Origin: Dehalococcoidia bacterium
GTDB taxonomy: Bacteria > Chloroflexota > Dehalococcoidia > DSTF01 > JALHUB01
Reading direction: 5' to 3'
Length of the DNA stretch: 64,000 bases
NCBI GenBank assembly: GCA_050010555.1
Contig: JBEKKV010000001.1
Span: forward strand, 36,525-100,524
In this document: one piece after another, positions 48,367 through 58,312 of the stretch
Position numbering within the stretch: position 1 is the first letter of the stretch
Layout: every line of letters starts with the position of its first letter
The notes under the pieces: generated by a model
The model's database searches: none
What the model was told of the DNA's origin: nothing
The model's input: the letters and a program-made list of their open reading frames with translations, nothing else
Program-made: the position numbers and the translations under genes

Positions 48367-49476
48367 CTACGCGGCCTTCCTGAGCACGCCCGCCGACTCC
48401 ATCACGCCCTGAGCTGCGGCGAACGTGTCGCTGAGGTCGGGTTGCTTGGACGCCCACTCCAGGTACTCGCGCACGGTCTCCGTCTCGCTCACCCCGGGCT
48501 CCCAGCCGAGGGCGCGGAGCCGCGCAACGTCGGAGAAGATGTGGCGCGTGTCGCCGAGGCGATAGAGCGTGCAGCATTCCGGGACCGTGTCGACGCCCGC
48601 GGCGTGGCAGACCATCCAGGCAAGGCCGAGGACTGTGATACGCCGGTCGCCGCCGACGTTGAACACCTGGTAGTCGGCGCGGCTGTCCTCCAGCGCGAGC
48701 AGGTTGGCGGCCACAACATCGTGAATCGAGACGTAGTCGCGCAGTTGGCGACCGTCCTCGTAGATGACCGGCGGCGCGCCCGTCAGCACCCGAACGGCGA
48801 ACGACCGCAGCGCTCCTGAGTAGGCGTTGCGGAACGACTGTCGCGGCCCCTGGACGATGGAGTAGCGCAGCGCGACGCTCGGGATGTCGTAGCGACGGCC
48901 GAGCTGAATCGCCAGGTCTTCCTGGTCGCGCTTCGACAGGCCATAGCTGTTGTGCGGCGCGGTCACGCTTTCATCGGTCCAGACAGGCTCCATCGGCTGG
49001 CCGCAGTTTGGGCAGCGGTGCTCCCAGTCGCCGTGACGGAGCTGCTGGCGCGTCCGCTGGCCGGGATAGCGGCTGCCGTGCAGTATGCACAGGTGCTTGC
49101 CTTCGCCGTAGACGGCCTGCGACGAGGCGACGACGACCCTGGCGATCGGTAGGCGCTCGTTGACGATGATCTGGTAAAGCAAAGCGGTTCCGACGCTGTT
49201 GGTGGCGAAGAAACGCGAGAAGTCGGGCAGGTAGTCCTGATAGGCGGCGAAGTGGAAGACGGCATCGACGCCCTTGAGCGCGCGGCGAAAGGCTTTCGGA
49301 TCGGTCACGCTGCCGCGGATGAACTCGGCTTCGGGCGGCAGGTAGTCGGGCGGCTCGCCGTTGTGGACGGGCGGTTCGAGCGAGTCCAGGATGCGCACGT
49401 CATGACCGCGTTCCAGCAGCGCATCGACGGTGTGCGAGCCGATAAAGCCGCAGCCGCCGGTAACCAGTATCTTCAA
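48367..49476 (-). CDS. NAD-dependent epimerase/dehydratase (extended SDR) with a Cys-containing insertion
   Basis: VTGGCGFIG, ASSQAVYGEG, YGLSK, LRDYVSIHD; insertion CILH...CPNC. Confidence 0.88.
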   Translation of the reverse strand: MKILVTGGCGFIGSHTVDALLERGHDVRILDSLEPPVHNGEPPDYLPPEAEFIRGSVTDPKAFRRALKGVDAVFHFAAYQDYLPDFSRFFATNSVGTALLYQIIVNERLPIARVVVASSQAVYGEGKHLCILHGSRYPGQRTRQQLRHGDWEHRCPNCGQPMEPVWTDESVTAPHNSYGLSKRDQEDLAIQLGRRYDIPSVALRYSIVQGPRQSFRNAYSGALRSFAVRVLTGAPPVIYEDGRQLRDYVSIHDVVAANLLALEDSRADYQVFNVGGDRRITVLGLAWMVCHAAGVDTVPECCTLYRLGDTRHIFSDVARLRALGWEPGVSETETVREYLEWASKQPDLSDTFAAAQGVMESAGVLRKAA

Positions 49477-49495
49477 GTCGACACCGTCCTTTCAC

Positions 49496-50197
49496 TCAGG
49501 ACGCGCCGCGCCCCGAGACCACCGCCAGAGCCGTCCGTAGCAGTATCGTCACGTCCAGCCAAAGCGACCAGTCTCTTATGTACTCCAAGTCCAGCCGCAC
49601 CCAGTCGTCGAAATCGCTTATGTCGTTGCGGCCGGAGACCTGCCAGAGGCACGTGATGCCCGGCTTGACCGCCAGCTTCTGTCGCTGCCAGGCATTGAAG
49701 CGCTCGTATTCCTCCTGGAGGGGAGGACGCGGTCCGACCAGACTCATGTCGCCCTTGAGAACGCTCCAGAGCTGCGGCACCTCGTCGAGGGAGAAGCGGC
49801 GCAGGAACCGGCCGGCGGGCGTGACGCGCGGATCGCGCTCCATCTTGAAGACGGGGCCGCGCATCTGATTGCTCGCGATGAGCCCCTCCTTCAGCCTGTC
49901 CGCGTTTTCGACCATCGTGCGGAACTTGTAGCCGGTGAAATAGCGACCGTTCTTTCCGACGACCGGCCAGCGATAGAACAGCGGCCCGCTGGACGACAGC
50001 TTGACGATGAGGGCGACCGCCGCCAGCAGGGGCGAGAGCAGCAAGAGGAGCAGCGCCGCGGCTACGACGTCCATGGCGCGCTTGAGCGCCGACTGCACGG
50101 CGAACGCGCGTCCGATACGCCTTCGCGCTATCGGGGGCGGTACGCTTGCGAATGCTGGATCCTCGCGCCAAGCCGACCGGACCGCGCTCCGTTTCAT
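49496..50197 (-). CDS. Small monotopic phosphoglycosyl transferase (Bac_transf, PglC-like), intact
   Basis: KRAMDV, YKFRTM, DPRVT, SLDEVPQ, MSLVGPRP, KPGITCLWQVSGR. Confidence 0.92.
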   Translation of the reverse strand: MKRSAVRSAWREDPAFASVPPPIARRRIGRAFAVQSALKRAMDVVAAALLLLLLSPLLAAVALIVKLSSSGPLFYRWPVVGKNGRYFTGYKFRTMVENADRLKEGLIASNQMRGPVFKMERDPRVTPAGRFLRRFSLDEVPQLWSVLKGDMSLVGPRPPLQEEYERFNAWQRQKLAVKPGITCLWQVSGRNDISDFDDWVRLDLEYIRDWSLWLDVTILLRTALAVVSGRGAS

Positions 50198-50209
50198 CGA
50201 TCTCTCGCT

Positions 50210-51337
50210 TCAGGCCGCCACCTGGCGGAAGAACCGATCGTAATCATCCGCGACGTCCTCCCAGGAGAATTGCGTCCGTACGCGCTCCCTGGCCGCCGCT
50301 CGCAGCCAATCGCTGCGGTTGGGATCGGCCAGAAGGTCGCTGAGGACGCGGGCCAGGTCATTTGGGTCCTTTCGCCAGTAGACCGCCGCATCGCCGCCGA
50401 CCTCGCGGTTGAACGGCACGTCGAAAGCGGCGACGCAGCAGCCGCAGCCCATCGCGTGAAGGAGCGCCGGATTCGTGCCGCCGACCTCGTGGCCGTGCAG
50501 GTAGACATAAGAACCGGCGTAGACCTCCTCGATATGGCCGGGCTCGTAAATGCCGCCGAGGAAGCGGACGCGGGGCCCGGCCGCTTGCTTCAGCTCTTCG
50601 AAGTAGCGGCTGCGGTAGTTCGCCGCGCCAACCACCACAAGTTCTTTGTCCGTCTCGAGCCGCGCGAAGGACCGCACGATGACGTCCGTGTTGTTCTCGG
50701 GCTCGATGCGGGCAACGACAAGCGCGTACTCGCCGGCTCGGAGGCCGTATTGCTGGAGGACGGCCGGGTCGCGCGGCTCGAACAGGTTGGCGCCATAGCC
50801 GATGTAAGTGCTGTCGCGGCGGTGCGTCGAGCGGAAGTAGGGCTGGAGCGCCCGCGAGTCGCAGATGAGGCGCGAGGCGGTCCAGCGGGCACCGATCCTT
50901 TCGACGAGGCGGAGGTATAGCTTGGCGAGCGATCCCCACTTGCGCCGCTGCCAGTCGAAGCCGTCGGTGTTCATTACGATAGGCTTTCCCGCGAGCTTCG
51001 CCGGCAGGTAAAGGGCGCTGGCGCGAAAGCCGAGGACGTAGAGCACGTCGAAGCCAGCGAAGAGCGCGTGGGCGGCGCTGAGCGTCTCGTGGCTCAGCGT
51101 CTCCAGCGACTTCGTGTACAACGCCGGCAGGTAGCGCAGCTTCACGCCTTGGTAGGTGTCCGGACGAGTCGGGAGGGAGTAGCGAGGCCGGCAGTAGACC
51201 GTGACCTCGTGGCCGCGGGTGACCAGGCGCGGCGCCAGCTCCGACGCCACCGTCTCGAAGCCGCCCCAGCGGGCCGGGATGCCGCGCGCTCCGATGATAG
51301 CGATCTTCAGCGGCGCATTGCCGTTTCTTGCTTTCAT
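50210..51337 (-). CDS. Glycosyltransferase family 4 (DUF1972-type N-terminus)
   Basis: IGARGIPARWGGFET, NTDGFDWQRRKWG, ARIEPENN, HGHEVGGTNPALL. Confidence 0.88.
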   Translation of the reverse strand: MKARNGNAPLKIAIIGARGIPARWGGFETVASELAPRLVTRGHEVTVYCRPRYSLPTRPDTYQGVKLRYLPALYTKSLETLSHETLSAAHALFAGFDVLYVLGFRASALYLPAKLAGKPIVMNTDGFDWQRRKWGSLAKLYLRLVERIGARWTASRLICDSRALQPYFRSTHRRDSTYIGYGANLFEPRDPAVLQQYGLRAGEYALVVARIEPENNTDVIVRSFARLETDKELVVVGAANYRSRYFEELKQAAGPRVRFLGGIYEPGHIEEVYAGSYVYLHGHEVGGTNPALLHAMGCGCCVAAFDVPFNREVGGDAAVYWRKDPNDLARVLSDLLADPNRSDWLRAAARERVRTQFSWEDVADDYDRFFRQVAA

Positions 51338-52602
51338 CTCCCCTGCCCCTGCAGCGCCTTCGAAGCGCCGACCGATACGAGCGGCGACTCCGCCGCTTCC
51401 TCCTCAGCCAGGCTCTCCTGGAAGACGGCGAGCATGCTGCGCGCGTAACGCCGCCACGACATCGCCTCGTTCACATAGCGGCGGCCGCGCTCCCCGATCG
51501 CGCGCGCAAGCGCCGGGTCTTCGACGAGGCGGATGATGGCTGCGGCGATTGCTTCGGGGTCGCGCGGCGGCACGAAGAGGGCCGTCTGGTGGTCCGTCAG
51601 CGCCTCGGTAATAGCCGCGCCCGTCGACACGACTACGGGGCGCCCGCAGGCCATCGCCTCCGACACCGCCAGCGCCCACGTCTGGTTCTCGTTGGGGAAC
51701 ACGAACGCGTCGCAGGCGTGGTAGTAGAGCTTCAACTCGTTCTCAGGCACGGCGCCCGCGAATGTCACTCGCCCGTCGAGCCCCATGGGCGTGACCAGGC
51801 GACGCAGCGACTCCGCGTAGTCGGGGTGCTGCTCCGGCGTCCCGGCGATCAGGAAGCGGATGTCGTGACCGGTGGCGACGGCCCGGGCGACGCCCTGGAT
51901 CGCGTCCTCCAGGCGTCGATGCGGCATAAGGATGCCGAGCGAAAGCAGGAGGAAAGCGTCTTCGGGAATCGAATAGCGGCGGCGCAACGCCCCGACGGCC
52001 GAAGGGTCCTCTTCCGCGAGCGCTGCGCCGTCGACGCCGCTCCTGACGACCGCGCAGTCGATGCCGAAGCTGGCGTCGATCAGCCGCTTCGCGTAGTCAG
52101 AAAGGACGACGGTGCGGGAGATCCGTCGGACGAGGTGGCGGTCCAGGCGGAAGAAGAGCAGTCGCGAGAGGAGGCGCGCCGGCCAGAGCAGGCGACGCCA
52201 TTCGGCGACGGGCGCGAGCGGGGGCCACGGTGGATCGTTGCACATCCAAACGACCGCCGGCGCCGGTGACATGACTCGCGCCGCCCAGACAGCCGCCCAG
52301 TGCGGCGGCCAGTGATGAGGATTGATGACTTCGAGCGGCTCGCGGATGCTGCGCGCCAGTTGCAGCATGTCCAGGAACGCCCGCAGACGTCCCGGAACTA
52401 GCGGCAGGCGGGCCAGGGCATGCCGTCCGGTGACTACGATTCGCAATTGCGAGCAGACAGCCGGGTAGCAGCGTTGGTCGAAGGCGGGCGTGAAGACCGT
52501 GACGTCATGCCCCATCTCTTGCAGCTCACGCGCCAGGTAGACCGCCTGACGGTCGCCACCGCCCTCCGCGACAAGCTCCGGCAGAAGGATAGCTATTCTC
52601 AA
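51334..52602 (-). CDS. Glycosyltransferase family 4 (GT-B)
   Basis: GGGDRQAVYLA, VFPNENQTWALAVSEAMACGRPVV. Confidence 0.88.
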   Translation of the reverse strand: MRIAILLPELVAEGGGDRQAVYLARELQEMGHDVTVFTPAFDQRCYPAVCSQLRIVVTGRHALARLPLVPGRLRAFLDMLQLARSIREPLEVINPHHWPPHWAAVWAARVMSPAPAVVWMCNDPPWPPLAPVAEWRRLLWPARLLSRLLFFRLDRHLVRRISRTVVLSDYAKRLIDASFGIDCAVVRSGVDGAALAEEDPSAVGALRRRYSIPEDAFLLLSLGILMPHRRLEDAIQGVARAVATGHDIRFLIAGTPEQHPDYAESLRRLVTPMGLDGRVTFAGAVPENELKLYYHACDAFVFPNENQTWALAVSEAMACGRPVVVSTGAAITEALTDHQTALFVPPRDPEAIAAAIIRLVEDPALARAIGERGRRYVNEAMSWRRYARSMLAVFQESLAEEEAAESPLVSVGASKALQGQGR

Positions 52603-53768
52603 CTTCGCGCCTCCAGTGCAACCGGGTCGCTCTCGATAGCCGCTTCGGGGCAGCCGGCCAGTCGCGCGGCCATGAGAGCGCAGGCCCGCGCTTTCGCCCG
52701 CAGCGGCTCGACGCGCTGTCGCAGCTCCAGCGACGCTTGCTCGCGGTTGTCCAGCAGGGCGGCGACCCGCGCCGCAACGTCGGCGGGCTCCAGGGACTGA
52801 AGGTCAACGACGCGGTCCTCGTGCCCGAGCTGGTGCATGAACTCTCGTATTTTCGGACCACTCGCCAAGGCGAGGCCGGGCGTGCCGGCCGCAGCGCCGA
52901 GAATGTTGGCATGCAATCGCATTCCGAGCATGATATCGCAGCGACGAAAGGCGGCCAGGACGTCGTCGGGACGCTGGTAGGCGGCCATCTCGACCGGCAC
53001 GGGACGCGTCATAGCGTGGACCACAAGGTCGTCGAAGAGGCCGTCGTCGTCCGGCTTGCCGAAGTGCATTGGGATGAAGAGCAGGCGGGCGTTTGTCCTA
53101 TCGACGATCGCGTCGAGGCATGCCGCGAGCTTCGTCACGAGTTCCGGAGTGGTGAGACGCAACAAAGGGTCGTGGTGCATCGGCCGCATCGAGATTCCAA
53201 TGAGGGGTCGAGAATCTTGGTCTGCCTCTGTGCCAGCCTCGGCCGGCGGCGAGAGAGTGATGGCCGGGTCCGCCGTCACCTTTACCGGACGTCTCACGCC
53301 GGCAGCCCTGATGCTCCTCGCCGAGAACTGGTCTCGCGCCGTTACCGCAGCGGCCCGGCCCAGCGCGAGGCGCGTCAACAGCCGGTACAGCAGCGTCGAG
53401 GGCGGGTAGGCGCCGACCGCGTAGAACATCACCGGCTTCCCCAGGAGCTCCGCCGCCAGCGCCAGCAAGACGTAAGGGCGGTAGAAGTGCAGCCTGTCGG
53501 ACAGCAGGCCGCCGCCGCCGATGAGAACGGCATCGGCGCTGCGTACGAGCGTCAGCAGCTTCGCGGTCCGCAGCGGAGAACGCCAGCTAAGGTAGCGTCC
53601 CTCCTGTTCTGTCGCCAGTCGCAATCGCGCGGGGTTGCCGCCGAGGAGGACGATTCGCACATCCGGCGCGGCCTCACGGAGCAGGCGGCACATGGCGAGA
53701 CCGATCGCGTCGTCCCCGACGTTGCCGTGCCCGTAGGCGCCGGCCATCAGGATCAGCGGGCCCTTCAA
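52599..53768 (-). CDS. Polysaccharide pyruvyl transferase (CsaB/WcaK-like)
   Basis: From TTG 53768 (SD AAGGAG); GAYGHGNVGDDAI, LIGGGGLLSD, TARDQFS, TADPA, GMRLHANI. Confidence 0.85.
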   Translation of the reverse strand: MKGPLILMAGAYGHGNVGDDAIGLAMCRLLREAAPDVRIVLLGGNPARLRLATEQEGRYLSWRSPLRTAKLLTLVRSADAVLIGGGGLLSDRLHFYRPYVLLALAAELLGKPVMFYAVGAYPPSTLLYRLLTRLALGRAAAVTARDQFSARSIRAAGVRRPVKVTADPAITLSPPAEAGTEADQDSRPLIGISMRPMHHDPLLRLTTPELVTKLAACLDAIVDRTNARLLFIPMHFGKPDDDGLFDDLVVHAMTRPVPVEMAAYQRPDDVLAAFRRCDIMLGMRLHANILGAAAGTPGLALASGPKIREFMHQLGHEDRVVDLQSLEPADVAARVAALLDNREQASLELRQRVEPLRAKARACALMAARLAGCPEAAIESDPVALEARS

Positions 53769-54586
53769 GCCGCCGCTTCTCCTTTCTGCGCGCCCTCGGT
53801 GGCCGCGAGCCGACGCCGCGACGCACTGTTTGGCTTGGTAGCACAGGCAAAATAGTAGAGGCCGAGCAGTTCCGCCGCCTTCGTGCCGTCGAATACGCGC
53901 GCCGGTCGCCCGAACGTGGTCAATGTCTTGTCCTGTATTCGGGCGAGGAGTCGTGAGCGCCCCACAAGCGGGAGCATCGGCGGGAAGATTCCCGCGGCGA
54001 ATACCGTCCGGACCGAGAGCCCCGACTGCTCCAGGAGCTCCGCAATCTGCTGTCTGGTAAACGGCCGCTCCCAGGCTCCCCTGCGCAGGCGAAGGGCTTT
54101 GAAGGACCGCATGAGGGCGAACTTCTTCGGCACGATGTCGGAGTAGAAGACGCCGCCGGGCCGCAGGACGCGCGTCATCTCGGCGACGATGGATGACGGG
54201 TCCGCGAAGTGCTCGAGCAGACCCGTCGACAGGACGACATCGAAGCTGCCGGTGGCGAAGGGCAGCGCGAACGCGTCGCCCAGCAAGAGGGCCATTTCGA
54301 CGCCGTCGTCTCTGCTGCGGCCAGTTGCCAGACGGATAGCCGCGGGCTCGTAGTCGATGCCGACTGCCTGGAAGCCGAGACGGGCCAGAAATCGCGACAG
54401 ACGGGCGGAGCCGCAGCCCACCTCCAGGCATCTCCCCGATTCCGGCAGATAAGGCTTCAGGTAGCTCAACTTCGTTTCGTCGATGGCGTACCAGGTGTCA
54501 TGCGGCTCGTTGCCCCGGGCGGCCGACCACAGGTCGCCCCAGTACGCCCTGGATTCGCGTCGAGATTCGTCACTCTTGAGAGTCAA
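53765..54586 (-). CDS. Class I SAM-dependent methyltransferase
   Basis: From TTG 54586 (SD AGGAGG); LEVGCGSA, GDAFALPFATGSFDVV, LRPGG. Confidence 0.88.
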   Translation of the reverse strand: MTLKSDESRRESRAYWGDLWSAARGNEPHDTWYAIDETKLSYLKPYLPESGRCLEVGCGSARLSRFLARLGFQAVGIDYEPAAIRLATGRSRDDGVEMALLLGDAFALPFATGSFDVVLSTGLLEHFADPSSIVAEMTRVLRPGGVFYSDIVPKKFALMRSFKALRLRRGAWERPFTRQQIAELLEQSGLSVRTVFAAGIFPPMLPLVGRSRLLARIQDKTLTTFGRPARVFDGTKAAELLGLYYFACATKPNSASRRRLAATEGAQKGEAAA

Positions 54587-56151
54587 GCCGCCTCCTGTGT
54601 AACGGCGCGTCGCGATCGGACGCTCGGCACGGCTCGCCAGAGCACGCGCACCTCTTCGATTCCCAGCAGGGACGCCACGACGACGTACACGCCGCCGCTG
54701 GCCAGAAGGAGCGTTATCTGCTCCGCCGCCGTCAGCAGGTACGAGGGCGACGAATGCGCCCGGTCGACCACCAGGAACGCTGCGTAGTAGACGGCGACAG
54801 CGACGCCCGCCGCGAGAAGCGGTCGCAGGGCGAAGGCTACCAGCCGCCGCGGCGACGGCACACCCGAGGCATGCCTCACCAACCAGTAGGTTACGAGCAT
54901 TGTCGCGACGTAGTCGCCGGCTCGAGCCAGGGCAAGGCCGGTCACCGACCAGACGTGGCTCAGGCCCACGGCCGCGCCTGCGTAGAGGCCGATTGTGGCC
55001 AGTTCCGCCTTCAGCGGCGTAACGAAGTCGCCGGCCGCGAATATTCCCTTTTGCAACAGCAATGTCATTCCGACAGCGCTTATGCCCAAAACGTACGCGG
55101 CAAGCACGTGGCCGCCAATGCGAACATCCTCGGGCGCCACCTTCCCGGGCCCGTACGCCAGCCGCGTGAGCGGCACCGAGGCGGCTATTATCAGCAGCGT
55201 TGCCGGTATGAGGACGACAAGTGTTAGACGCGCTGCTTGCATCATGGCCGGCGCCAGCTCCGCGCGGGCAGTGGCGGCAAGACGGACGAATCGGGGGTAG
55301 ATGATTACTCCCAGCGAGCCGTTGAAGACCGTCGTAGGCAGAGTACAGATCGTAACCGCGATCGCCATCATCGATACCGCGCCTGTGCCCTTCGTCGACG
55401 CTATCAAGCGCTCGATGAGCGGCGCGCAGTAGGCGACGCCCATGTAGATGGCAACAGGCGCCGACTGGGCCAGGACGCGCCGGACGCCCGGGTGCCGGAG
55501 ATGGATCGTCGGCGCGTAGGTGATGCCCTTCCGCCTCAGAAAGACCATAAGCAGCGCCACGTGCGCGACGCCACCGACCAGGAGGCCCGCGCCCGCGGCC
55601 GTGATGCCGATGGTCTTCCCGCCGACGATGACGAAAGCGATGGCGAAGACGTTCATCACGACCGAGTTCAGCGCCGGCGTCAGAAAGTGCTCTTTGGTAT
55701 TGAGGATGGGTCCCAGCAGCGACGCGAGGCATATGAACAGGAGCAGCGGTAGAGTGAAGTACATGAGGTGGGCCGCAGCGGTTGCACTCTGCTCCGACAA
55801 CCCTGGCGCGATGACACTCACGAGCGCCCGGCTGAAGATCATACCGATGAGCACGAGCGCCGCGATAGAAATCGTCGCTAGGTTGACGACGGAGCTCAGC
55901 GTAATGCGGGCGTCTTCCGGCTTCCCCTGCTCGACGTAGTTCACATAGACGTGCACTAGCGCCGGCGCCAGTGCCCCCAGCACCAGGATCGCCTGCAGCG
56001 TGGTCGGGATGAAGACGGCAACGAAATAGGCGTCGGAATCGCCCGAGAGGCCGAACACCGACGTTATCGACGCGTTTCGGGCATAGCCCAGCATCGCGCC
56101 CATGAGCGTCAGCGCCCCAACGAGACCGATAAGCTGGTAGAGCCGCTTCAT
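54583..56151 (-). CDS. MurJ/MviN-like (MOP superfamily) flippase
   Basis: GYARNASITSVFG...DAYFVAVFIP, about 14 TM segments, IIYPRF, DFVTPL. Confidence 0.8.
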   Translation of the reverse strand: MKRLYQLIGLVGALTLMGAMLGYARNASITSVFGLSGDSDAYFVAVFIPTTLQAILVLGALAPALVHVYVNYVEQGKPEDARITLSSVVNLATISIAALVLIGMIFSRALVSVIAPGLSEQSATAAAHLMYFTLPLLLFICLASLLGPILNTKEHFLTPALNSVVMNVFAIAFVIVGGKTIGITAAGAGLLVGGVAHVALLMVFLRRKGITYAPTIHLRHPGVRRVLAQSAPVAIYMGVAYCAPLIERLIASTKGTGAVSMMAIAVTICTLPTTVFNGSLGVIIYPRFVRLAATARAELAPAMMQAARLTLVVLIPATLLIIAASVPLTRLAYGPGKVAPEDVRIGGHVLAAYVLGISAVGMTLLLQKGIFAAGDFVTPLKAELATIGLYAGAAVGLSHVWSVTGLALARAGDYVATMLVTYWLVRHASGVPSPRRLVAFALRPLLAAGVAVAVYYAAFLVVDRAHSSPSYLLTAAEQITLLLASGGVYVVVASLLGIEEVRVLWRAVPSVRSRRAVTQEAA

Positions 56152-56177
56152 CTTCCTTCAGCCAAGAAATCGCGTAT

Positions 56178-56873
56178 CTAAATCGCCGATGCTTCCGCCG
56201 CGCTCTCGTTCGCCTCGCCTTCGTCCGTCGCCGCCGCCGTTTGCCGCAGCGCGACGGTGAGCGCGTGCACCAGCGCCATGTGGACATCCTCTATCAGTCC
56301 CTGCTGGTCGGCGGAAACGACGACGCTGATGTCGACGAGGCCGGCAAGCGCGCCGCCTTGGAACCCCGAGAAGCCGATAGTCACGGCGCCGCACCGTCGC
56401 GCCGCCTCGATCGCGCGAAGCACGTTGGGCGAATTGCCGCTACCGGACACGGCGATCACGACGTCGCCGGCCACCAGTGATGACTGCAGTTGGTTGGCGA
56501 AGGCGTCCTCAAACGACGTGTCGTTGGCCCACGCCGTGAGCAGCGCGACGTTGTCAGTGAGCGAGACTGCCTTTACGCCGCCTCGGCTGTCGTCGTGGTT
56601 CGGCTTATGCCAGTCGGTCACGGCGTGGCTTGCAGTCGCGGCGCTGCCGCCGTTCCCGAGGACGTATACTGTCTTGTCTTCCGCCCTCGCGCGGATCATC
56701 TCCTCGGCAACTCGGGCAACCTCTCGAATCGGCAGGGCGCGGAGCGCCTCGCTGAGACTGCGCGCGTAGGAATCCAGGAGCCGGATGAGCTCCGGCCGCG
56801 GCGGCGAGCCCGCCATGCCACCCGCCGTCTGACGCCTTTTCGCACGCCGGTCTTGGAGATAGATCGGCTTCAT
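56178..56873 (-). CDS. gmhA: Phosphoheptose isomerase (SIS domain)
   Basis: From ATG 56873; GNGGSAATASH, TAWANDTSFE, SGSGNSPNV, IEDVHM. Confidence 0.88.
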   Translation of the reverse strand: MKPIYLQDRRAKRRQTAGGMAGSPPRPELIRLLDSYARSLSEALRALPIREVARVAEEMIRARAEDKTVYVLGNGGSAATASHAVTDWHKPNHDDSRGGVKAVSLTDNVALLTAWANDTSFEDAFANQLQSSLVAGDVVIAVSGSGNSPNVLRAIEAARRCGAVTIGFSGFQGGALAGLVDISVVVSADQQGLIEDVHMALVHALTVALRQTAAATDEGEANESAAEASAI

Positions 56874-58312
56874 GGCTGTCTCTCCGCAACCGTTTGCGTG
56901 GCCGGCTGTCGCTTCTCCTTCTCCTCGATGCGCAGCGGCCGGTACGAGGGCGGCAGACTCCTCTGTCGCCCCAGCACGCGCTTCAGGGAGGCGAAGAGCA
57001 GTCGCAGGTCCAGCCAGACCGAGTAGTCGCGAACGTAGGCAATGTCCATCAGCGCTTGTTCCTCCGCTTCCTCTCCTCGCGACGTGTCGGCCGCGGGCCC
57101 GGTGAGCCCGGGGCGAACTCGCATCAGATTGCGCAGCCACGGCTCGTCGGCCGCACCGTCCTGCTCGACCAGGGCGCGAGGCCCGACGAGGCTCATGTGC
57201 CCGGCGATGACGTTGACGACGTTCGGAAGCTTGCCCAACCGGCCTGCCGCGATCAGCCTGCGGAAGCGCCAGGCGAGACGCGGCACCAGCCCGGGCGGTT
57301 GACGGCCCGCCGGCTCGGCGAACATAAGCAAAGAGAAGCGTTCCTGCTGTCTGCCCAACACCGGCTCGCGCGCGAAGAACGGCCCATCGCCGTCGATGCG
57401 GCTGGCCAGCCAGCAGAGCGCAACGCACGGCGCGAGTAGTAGCAGCAGCGCCAGCGACCCCAGGTAGTCCAGCACGCGCTTCATCAGAGCGTCGGGGCCG
57501 GTGATTCGCAGCGGCTGTACGCTTACCAGGGGAAGGAACCCGCTGTCCGTCATTTCGGCGCCGGTGGTCACGAGGTGCTGCAACCCCGGCGCCAGCTTCA
57601 ACCGAATGCCTTCGCGGCTCGACGCAAGCTCAAGCAGGTCGCGGTAGCTCTCCCAGCTAACGGCGTTGGGGAGCACCACGACGGTCGAGACGCCGTACTT
57701 TCGCGCAACCTCGCGAACGGCCCGCGGATCACCGAGGACGCGCAGGCCGTCGGCAACGTGGCTGCCAACGGCGCGATAGTCGTCGAGGAAGCCGACGACT
57801 ATCACTCCAGCCGAAGGCGGCCAGTTCAGCTGCCTTGCCACCGCGACGCCGTGCGCGCCGGCGCCGACGACCAGGCAGCGGCGCACGAAGTGGCCCGACT
57901 CGCGCAGGCGGAAGATGACGCGCCGAACGAGAAAGCGCGCGCCGCCGACGAACGGAATAGCCAGGAACCAGGCGAGGACGAGCGCCCCGCGGGAGATCGG
58001 CTCGTTCGCCAGGAAGGCGAGGATGAGGATGCCGCCGGTGCCATAGGTGATGGCCTTGAACGTGGCGGCGTACTCGCGGTGGCCGCTGAAGAGCGCTTCC
58101 GGATCGTAGAGGCGGTTGCCGACGAAGAGCAGCAGTATAGTCACGACCATCAGCCCACCGAAGAACACAGTGTAGTCGGTGGGGCGTGACGCCTGGTCGT
58201 TCAGGAAGCGGCCGCCGTACCGACAGGCGAACGCCGACGCCAGTGCGGCGACTAGCATTGTAAGGTCGACGGCGAACAGCACCAGGGCCGCAGTCTTGTC
58301 TTGCCTAGACAT
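56870..58312 (-). CDS. Large WcaJ-like sugar transferase with a degenerate catalytic domain
   Basis: 4 N-terminal TMs, CoA-binding-like domain (VVGAG...VGFLDD), C-terminal MSLVGPRA and VRPGLTG; SLDELPQ replaced by RLGKLPN. Confidence 0.8.
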   Translation of the reverse strand: MSRQDKTAALVLFAVDLTMLVAALASAFACRYGGRFLNDQASRPTDYTVFFGGLMVVTILLLFVGNRLYDPEALFSGHREYAATFKAITYGTGGILILAFLANEPISRGALVLAWFLAIPFVGGARFLVRRVIFRLRESGHFVRRCLVVGAGAHGVAVARQLNWPPSAGVIVVGFLDDYRAVGSHVADGLRVLGDPRAVREVARKYGVSTVVVLPNAVSWESYRDLLELASSREGIRLKLAPGLQHLVTTGAEMTDSGFLPLVSVQPLRITGPDALMKRVLDYLGSLALLLLLAPCVALCWLASRIDGDGPFFAREPVLGRQQERFSLLMFAEPAGRQPPGLVPRLAWRFRRLIAAGRLGKLPNVVNVIAGHMSLVGPRALVEQDGAADEPWLRNLMRVRPGLTGPAADTSRGEEAEEQALMDIAYVRDYSVWLDLRLLFASLKRVLGRQRSLPPSYRPLRIEEKEKRQPATQTVAERQP

